From positions 2,792,001 through 2,856,000 of the forward strand of contig NC_058369.1 of the NCBI RefSeq assembly GCF_018350175.1: 64,000 bases of DNA. Reading direction: 5' to 3'. A program made the position numbers and the translations under genes. The stretch is from Felis catus. Lineage: Eukaryota. Within the stretch, counting starts at the first letter, position 1; every line of letters starts with the position of its first letter. Below, piece by piece: positions 57,830 through 64,000 of this stretch. The notes beneath the pieces were generated by a model, which worked only from the letters and a program-made list of their open reading frames with translations, was not told the DNA's origin and searched no databases.

Positions 57830-58290
57830 CATTCGTGTCCTCCGGTGGCTATAACACAGCGCCCAGACTTGGTGGCTTAGGACAGGAGAAATTTATGGTC
57901 TCGCGGTTCCGGAGTCCCAGATGAGGGTGTGGGCAGGGCCACGCTCCCCTTGGAGGCTCGGGGCGGGGAGGCGGGGGGGCGGGGAGGTGGGGAGGCAGGG
58001 GGTCGGAGGTCTCTCCTACCTTCTGGTAGCTTCCAGCAAGTCCTGGGCTCGTAAGTGGCCACCTCCTCTTGATGTCTTCACGTCATCTTGTCTGTCTCTG
58101 GGTCCAAACGTCCCCATTGTATAAGGACACCAGTCATACGGGATCAGGGCCTCCCCGCCTCCTACCAGTAGGTCCTCCTCTCCACCGATCGCATCCACCG
58201 CGACCGTATTTCCAAGTACCGTCACATTCTGCGATGCTGGGGGTTAGGATTTCGGCACAGGAATTTTGAGGGGACACAACTCCATGCCTA
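57830..58290 (-). mobile_element. MLT1-type MaLR LTR remnant
   Basis: ggtggctta..gaaatttat..tataaggacaccagtcata..tatttccaa..gtcacattctg..ctgggggttaggattt. Confidence 0.75.
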
Positions 58291-58306
58291 AAAACAGAAG
58301 CGCCCA

Positions 58307-58760
58307 GGGGCGCCTGGGTGGCCTAGTCGGTTGGGCGTCCGACTTCGGCTCAGGTCATGATCTCGCGCTCCGTGGGTTCGAGCCCCGCGTCGGGCTCGGT
58401 GCGGACAGCTCAGAGCCTGGAGCCTGTTTCGGACTCTGTGTCTCCCTCTCTCTCGGACCCTCCCCCGTTCATGCTCTGTCTCTGTCTCAAAAATTAATAA
58501 AAACAGGGGCGCCTGGGTGGTACAGTCGGTTAAGCGTCCGACTTCAGCCAGGTCACGATCTCGCGGTCCGTGAGTTCGAGCCCCGCGTCGGGCTCTGGGC
58601 TGATGGCTCAGAGCCTGGAACCTGTTTCCGATTCTGTGTCTCCCTCTCTCTCTGCCCCTCCCCCGTTCATGCTGTCTCTCTCTGTCCCAAAAATAAATAA
58701 ATGTTGAAAAAAAAATTAAAAAAAAATTAATAAAAACATTAAAAAAAAATTAAAAAACCA
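58307..58760 (+). mobile_element. Tandem CAN-SINE doublet: second copy (58506-~58722) inserted in the A tail of the first
   Basis: Inner TSD aaaaattaataaaaaca; outer TSD aaaac..aag(c/t)gccca. Confidence 0.92.
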
Positions 58761-59611
58761 AAACCTAAGTGCCCAGCCCATGGGGATTAGGTCATGGGTA
58801 TATTATCGCTAAGGCCTTCGGCACCTGTGAAGCAGGGGGTCTATCCGTTATCTGTGGCTGGGTAACAAAGTTCCCTAAAGCCTAGCGGCTCGAAACGCCG
58901 GTGAACATTATCCCACACGGATAATGTGGAGTTCGCTGGGTGCCTCTGATCTCTGGGTCTTAGGAGGCTACAGCCGAGGCGCCGGCTAGGGCAGTAGGAT
59001 GTGGGGGTGGCTGATCCCCAGCGCACTCACAGCCGTGGGGGCAGGAGGACTCAGGGCCTCGCGGGTCCCCCGAGCGCATGATCCCACAGAGACTCAAGAA
59101 TACGGACCGAGACAGAAGCTGCTTCTCGTAACCTCAGCTCAGCACGCGGTTCCTCCTGTGCCGCTCTTTTCCCGGGTCCCCGGGGCTGGTTCGGCCGGGA
59201 AGGGGACCCCGGAGCCCCAGATCTCGGGGTGCTGAGTATCCGTGACAGAAGGAGGCAACACGTGTGTGCTTGGGCCACAGTGAACGCCCGCTCCTTCGTA
59301 CGGCTGTTACCGTGCAGCCGGGCTCGGGGACGCTCGGTAACGGGAGCGCCAGCCTCTGGAGCGACACAGGGCGGCATCTCTCAGAGGGTTGGGGGCGGGG
59401 GGGAGGGTCGCTTGCATGACCTGCCCCGGCGCCCCGCTCGCACACAGGAGGAGCCGTGGGTCCGAGCGGCCGGACCGGCTTCTGGGCTGCCAGCCCGCTC
59501 CAGGAGGCGGAGGTGGGGAGGGGACTGGTGTTTCCAAATTTCTTTCCCGGGCCCTGGGGATTCACGGGGTGAATGTCAGATGCTAACGGGCGGCGTGATC
59601 TTCGTGTTTTG

Positions 59612-59817
59612 TTCTTTTTAAAAACAATTTTTGATGTTTATTTTTCAAGAGAGACACAGAGCGCACGCGAGGGAGGGGCAGAGAGAGAGGGAGACACAGA
59701 ATCCGCGACAGGCTCCAGGCTCTGAGCCGTCAGCACAGAGCCTGATGCAGGGCTTGGACTCACGGACCGCGAGATCGTGACCTGAGAGCCTCACCGACTG
59801 AGTCACCCAGACGCCCC
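59612..59817 (-). mobile_element. CAN-SINE
   Basis: Antisense copy with a short internal deletion near the head. Confidence 0.88.
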
Positions 59818-60539
59818 GTGACCTTGACGTTCTTTCAAAAGTATATAGTCACCCGCACGTGTTTATTTGGAAGCGTCTGCCGGGTCTGGAAAGTAACTCA
59901 TCTGTGCTAATAGCGGGCTGGCTTTGCAGGGGACTTTCCTTCCCGTGTGTGTCTCAGGCAGCTCAGGCTGTGATGACGAATACCACACATGGTGGGGGGG
60001 GTGGTTTGTGGAGGCTGGAGGTCCGTGGTCACCGTGCTGGCTCTGGCGGTCCCTGCTGGGGGCTCCCCTCCGGGCTGCAGACAACCACCTGCTTCTCTCC
60101 GAGTGTGGTCACCTGGAAGAGACGGCACTCGGGTCCCGCACCCCCTTCTGCCCCCCCCAACCCCACCTAACCCTGATCGCCTCGCCTCCCAGACGCCCCA
60201 CCTCCCAAACCATCCCCCCAACCCCCGGGGTTAGGACAGCGGTGGTGGGGGGGGGGAGCACAACACTCAGACCATATCACCTTCTATAGCTTTTCACTAA
60301 CTAGAATCATAAACGTGACCATCGGCCACAGGTTTGCCTCATTTTGAGCCATGCCTCCTTGTGGCCCTGACTTAGCCATCCCTGGGGCTCAGAGGAGGGA
60401 ACCCGAGTTCAGAGAGAGAGCAGCGGCCCCACGGTCTCCCAGCCAGAAAGGCAGAATTTGAATCTGGGTGCAAATAGAATTGCTACAGTCGCCTCTCGGC
60501 ATCCGCCCCTACTTCACCCCAAATCTGTTCCCCCTCCAG

Positions 60540-60598
60540 GGAGAGCCCCCCGCTTTGGCGGGACAATTCAGTGGATTCCAGAACCATCTCGGAAACAG
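60540..60598 (+). CDS. TJP3: TJP3 exon 9 (ESPPLWRDNSVDSRTISET)
   Basis: ctccag|G, G|gtgagc, 59 nt. Confidence 0.9.
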
Positions 60599-60833
60599 GT
60601 GAGCGGACGGTGGCAGGGACGTGACTCTGAGCATCCTTCTGATTTTTCTGATCCCAACCAGTGAGGTGGTGCCAGGCAGGGCGGGAGAGGGGGGCAGGGG
60701 CCTAAGAGGTCAGGGGCAGCTCCCTGGGAAGGACGGAGGGTGACAGCGCCATGGGGCAGGGACACCCTAAGGCTGAGGTGTGGCGGCTAGACCAGTCAGC
60801 GTGCTTGGAAAACACACTGCTGTTCCCTTTCAG

Positions 60834-60900
60834 ACTCCCCCAGGCAAAGCAGCTATGACATCTACAGGGTGCCCAGCAGCCAGAGCAGGGAGGACCGTGG
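60834..60900 (+). CDS. TJP3: TJP3 exon 10 (SPRQSSYDIYRVPSSQSREDR)
   Basis: tttcag|AC, GG|gtacgt, 67 nt. Confidence 0.93.
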
Positions 60901-61097
60901 GTACGTCCCCCCGGGGAAAAGAGCCCCCCCAGCCGGACACTCGCGCGTCCCGGGGCTGCGTCCCCGTGTTGGTGGGGCCGCCATGCGAGGCTGTGGGGAA
61001 ACTGAGGCCCGGAGGGGGTGGGGGCTCTCCCAGGGAGGCCCAGCGCGCCCCCTCTCCACCCATTCCGGCCTGACCCCGCCTCTGCCTCCCCTTACAG

Positions 61098-61254
61098 GTA
61101 CAGCCCCGACTGGAGGGTGGTCCGCTTCCCCAAGGGCTCCACCATCGGCCTGCGCCTGGCCGGCGGCAATGACGTGGGCATCTTCGTGTCCGGGGTGCAG
61201 GAGGGCAGCCCGGCCGACGGGCAGGGCATCCAGGAGGGAGATGAGATTCTGCAG
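61098..61254 (+). CDS. TJP3: TJP3 exon 11 (PDZ3)
   Basis: ttacag|G, CAG|gtgact, 157 nt. Confidence 0.96.
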
Positions 61255-61379
61255 GTGACTTGGGGCAGCCGGCAGTGGGTGTGGCGGCCTGCTGGGTGGC
61301 CCCGGAGTCTGTCCTGGCCTGTGTGTCCTCCCCCAGGACCCGCAGCACCCCCAGGGACATGTGAACATTTAAAAAAAAA

Positions 61380-61591
61380 TTTTTTTTTTACATTTATTTA
61401 TTTTTGAGAGACAGAACTTGAGTGGGGGAGGGGCAGAGAGAGAGAGAGAGAGGGAGACACAGAATCCGAAGCGGGCTCCGGGCTCCGAGCTGATGGCACA
61501 GAGCCCGCCCTGGGGCTCGAACTCACAAACCGTGCGATCGTGCCCTGAGCCGAAGTCGGACGCTTAACCGACCGAGCCACCCAGGCGCCCC
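61380..61591 (-). mobile_element. CAN-SINE with TSD
   Basis: TSD ggacat(g/c)tgaac(a/g)ttt. Confidence 0.93.
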
Positions 61592-61761
61592 TGGACATCT
61601 GAACGTTTTAACGTCTCCCTGCCTGTGTCATGACCTCGTTGGCTGGGTCACGAGCCGTCCCTGCTGTCCTCCCGGGAGTGGGCCCCGTGCCCAGCAGAGC
61701 TGGCATCGCCTGTCCGGCCGGGGGGTGGCCGCGGCCCATGCCACGCCCCCTTCCCCGGCAG

Positions 61762-61870
61762 GTGAATGACGTCCCCTTCCGGAACCTGACCCGCGAGGAG
61801 GCCGTGCAGTTCCTGCTGGGGCTGCCTCCGGGCGAGGACGTGGAGCTGGTGACGCAGCGGAAGCAGGACA
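61762..61870 (+). CDS. TJP3: TJP3 exon 12 (VNDVPFRNLTREEAVQFLLGLPPGEDVELVTQRKQD)
   Basis: ggcag|GTG, A|gtgagt, 109 nt. Confidence 0.96.
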
Positions 61871-61957
61871 GTGAGTGCGCGCGCGGCCGGGCGGGCGGGG
61901 GCCGGGCGGGGGCCGGGCGGGGGGCCTGGGCGCTCACCGAGCCTCCCCGGTCCGCAG

Positions 61958-62195
61958 TCTTCCGGAAAATGGTGCAGTCCCGCGTGGGCGACTCCTTCTA
62001 CATCCGCACGCACTTCGAGCTGGAGGCCAGCCCCCCGTCGGGCCTGGGCTTCACCCGCGGAGACGTCTTCCACGTGCTGGACACGCTGTACCCCGGCCCC
62101 GGGCAGAGCCGCGCCCGCGGGGGCCACTGGCTGGCGGCGCGCATGGGGCGCGACCTCCGCGAGCAGGAGCGGGGCATCATCCCCAACCAGAGCAG
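61958..62195 (+). CDS. TJP3: TJP3 exon 13 (SH3 domain)
   Basis: cgcag|TC, AG|gtgcgt, 238 nt. Confidence 0.96.
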
Positions 62196-62304
62196 GTGCG
62201 TCACCCCTCGGCCTCGGCTTCCCCGCCGCAGACGGGCGCGGCCTCCCGGCTCCCGGGCCGGGTTCCCGCCGCCCTCCGTGCCCAGCCCCCTGCCTCCTCC
62301 CCAG

Positions 62305-62516
62305 GGCGGAGCAGCTGGCCAGTCTGGAGGCCGCCCAGCGCGCCGTGGGCGCCGGGCCGGGCGCGTCTTCGGGCTCCAACGCGCGGGCCGAGTTCTGGCG
62401 GCTGCGGGGTCTCCGTCGAGGGGCCAAGAAGACCACCCATCGGAGCCGCGAGGACCTGTCCGATCTGACCAGGCAGGGTCACTACCCGCCGTATGAACGC
62501 GTGGTGCTTCGAGAAG
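62305..62516 (+). CDS. TJP3: TJP3 exon 14 (U5/HOOK region to start of GK, ...YPPYERVVLRE)
   Basis: cccag|G, G|gtgggt, 212 nt. Confidence 0.96.
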
Positions 62517-62989
62517 GTGGGTCCGAGGGGCGGGGGGCCGAGGGGAGGGGGGGGGGCTCGTAAGGCTTTCGGAAGCTCTGGACCAAGTCTTCCTCCGCGT
62601 CCAGGCTTCGGAAGCCCCCATCCTTAACCTCCCCCCCCCAAAATACCGAAGGGTCCCGAAGGAAACAGGAAAGGGCTCCTTTCCTTTTCCGGTAGAGATC
62701 CGCAAGCCGCAGGCGCAAAATCGAAAACAAGTGCTTACCCGTAACTTAAACAATTGACCTTGTTACCATACCCAAAGTATTTTAACAGATAACCCAATTA
62801 TAAGTAGTCGGTGAGATATTTCACACCCTCTTGTGTGTGTGTAAGCCCTGGTGTGTATTCTGCACTCGGCACATCTGGGTTCAGACCAGCCACGTTTTAG
62901 GGGCTCCACGGCCCCACGTGGCCTGCGGTGGCCGGCCGGGCGTTCCGTGCGCGCTGCCCTTTCTAGGGTGTCAGCTGGCGCTGAACAGA

Positions 62990-63410
62990 CACCCTTTAAA
63001 ATACACGGATACTGTGAACAGGCGTGAGACCGAAGCCTGAACACGCGTGTCCACAGCAGCATGGCTCACAACGGCCCAAACGTGGAAACAACCCACATGC
63101 TCACCGACCGATGAAGGGATACACACAGTGTGCCCACCGCGCACGCGCGCGTCCGCAGATGAACGTGTCCACCGCGCACGCGCGCGTCCACAGATGGACG
63201 TGTCCACTGCGCACGCGCAGATCGCTGCCCCGCCCACTAGCAGGAGCGAGGCGCCCACACCCGCTGCCCTGCAGACAGACCCTGAATGTTTGACGCTCAG
63301 AAAGGGAACCAGACCCCAGAGCCCACACGGGGTGTGAGTCCACGTGTGTGAGACGTACAGAACAGGCTCATCCAGGGACAAGAAGGGGGTTCGTGGGGGC
63401 TGGAGGGGGT
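62990..63410 (+). mobile_element. GC-shifted L1MB-type 3'UTR remnant
   Basis: cacagcagcat..cacaacggcccaaacgtggaaacaacccacatg..gatgaagggata. Confidence 0.65.
63130..63218. repeat. 35-bp tandem repeat, ~2.5 copies
   Basis: gtg(c/t)ccaccgcgcacgcgcgcgtcc(g/a)cagatg(a/g)ac at 63130 and 63165, partial copy at 63200. Confidence 0.92.
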
Positions 63411-63412
63411 GA

Positions 63413-63627
63413 CTTTTTTTTTAAGTTTATTTTTTTATTTTTTTTTGAGAGAGAGAGACAGGGTGTGAGCAGGGGAGGGGCAGAGAAAGGAGACACAGAA
63501 TCCGACGCAGGCTCCAGGCTCTGAGCTGTCAGCATAGAGCCTGACGTGGGGCTCGAACTCACGAACCCTGAGATCATGACCTGAGCTGAAGTTGGGCGCT
63601 TAACCCGCTGAGCCACTCAGGTGCCCC
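63413..63627 (-). mobile_element. CAN-SINE
   Basis: Full antisense copy. Confidence 0.93.
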
Positions 63628-63777
63628 TCAAAAATAAACTTTAAAGAAAAAATTCAAAAAGTCCTTTCCGAGGGATGGGAATAGGGGTATCAGGAGGGGG
63701 CTGACTACTCCCTCTTCTCCTGCCATTGTGCGTTCTGTGCCCGTTTCCTCATGGCTAAAATGATATAGCCATCGGTC

Positions 63778-63991
63778 CAGTGGTTGGCAAACTCTTCCTG
63801 CAAAAGTTCAGACACGGTTACTATTTTAGTCTTTGTGGGGCCGTGTGGTTTCTTTCAAAACGACTCCACTCTGCACGAAGGCAGCCAGAGGCAGTACATG
63901 AGTGGACGTGACTGTGTTCCAATAAAACTTTATTTATAAAACAGGCAGCGGGCCGGATGTGGCCCCACGGGTTGTAGTTTGCTGTCTACTG
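63778..63991 (+). mobile_element. MER58A element, near full length
   Basis: cagtggttggcaaact...tgtgttccaataaaactttattta..aaacaggc..gggccggat..tggccc..gtagtttgc. Confidence 0.85.
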
Positions 63992-64000
63992 ACTTCAATG

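Larger units (their letters stand above)
41600..62516 (+). other. TJP3: TJP3 (tight junction protein ZO-3, MAGUK) gene body; continues past the right edge
   Basis: Thirteen coding exons (1798 nt) in one frame: MEEMTIWEQHTATL, PDZ1 (GFGIAISGG), PDZ2, PDZ3 (IGLRLAGGNDVGIFV), SH3 (GDSFYIRTHF) and YPPYERVVLRE. Confidence 0.97.

Noticed and set aside
497..61010. Recurrent ggggaaactgaggc motif (e.g. ~497, 18386, 24859, 48432, 50838, 60996)
   Set aside because: This is the conserved MIR core, not a new element.
62563..62620. Two small gctt(t)cggaagc hairpins after TJP3 exon 14
   Set aside because: Stems of only 5-6 bp, expected by chance, and no ncRNA features.
61648..62753. Long minus-strand ORFs antisense to TJP3 exons 12-14
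   Set aside because: GC-rich shadow ORFs with no independent splice or promoter evidence.
136..63616. Hundreds of 60-350 aa ORFs in the six-frame track
   Set aside because: Expected in GC-rich DNA where stop codons are rare. They are Pro/Gly/Arg/Ala-rich with no recognisable domains; only the segments coinciding with PIP5K1C or TJP3 exons are credible.
21585..63616. Recurring peptides such as EFEPRVGLCADSSEPGACF in many ORFs
   Set aside because: Translations of CAN-SINE copies, not a protein family.

Overview
Mammalian genomic DNA, very GC-rich. About 22 tRNA-derived CAN-SINEs of SINEC_Fc type point to a felid (cat-like) genome, in the block syntenic to human 19p13.3 (from recall). Two spliced genes lie head to head. 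PIP5K1C is on the minus strand: coding exons 1-11, 37504 down to 780, 1345 nt, all GT-AG junctions in frame, with the 3' exons beyond the left edge. TJP3/ZO-3 is on the plus strand: a probable non-coding first exon ending at 41832, an alternative coding first exon (MAVRFQ) with a GC donor at 48322, and coding exons 2-14 from 52441 to 62516 (1798 nt; PDZ1-3, SH3, start of GK). The rest is SINE, L1, L2, MIR, MER and MLT remnants plus CpG islands. Nearly all ORFs in the supplied track are GC-content artefacts. No prokaryote-type system is present. The most unusual observations: (1) a ~780 bp G-rich minisatellite in PIP5K1C intron 6 built from copies of the exon-6 splice donor itself, four of them in frame on an open Pro-rich extension; (2) several L2 remnants sharing a derived GC-rich segment with a near-consensus CTCF motif; (3) a GC-AG alternative first exon of TJP3; (4) an array of acceptor-like GTTTCTAG motifs in TJP3 intron 6. 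Repeat family names and human comparisons come from recall, not from a database search.
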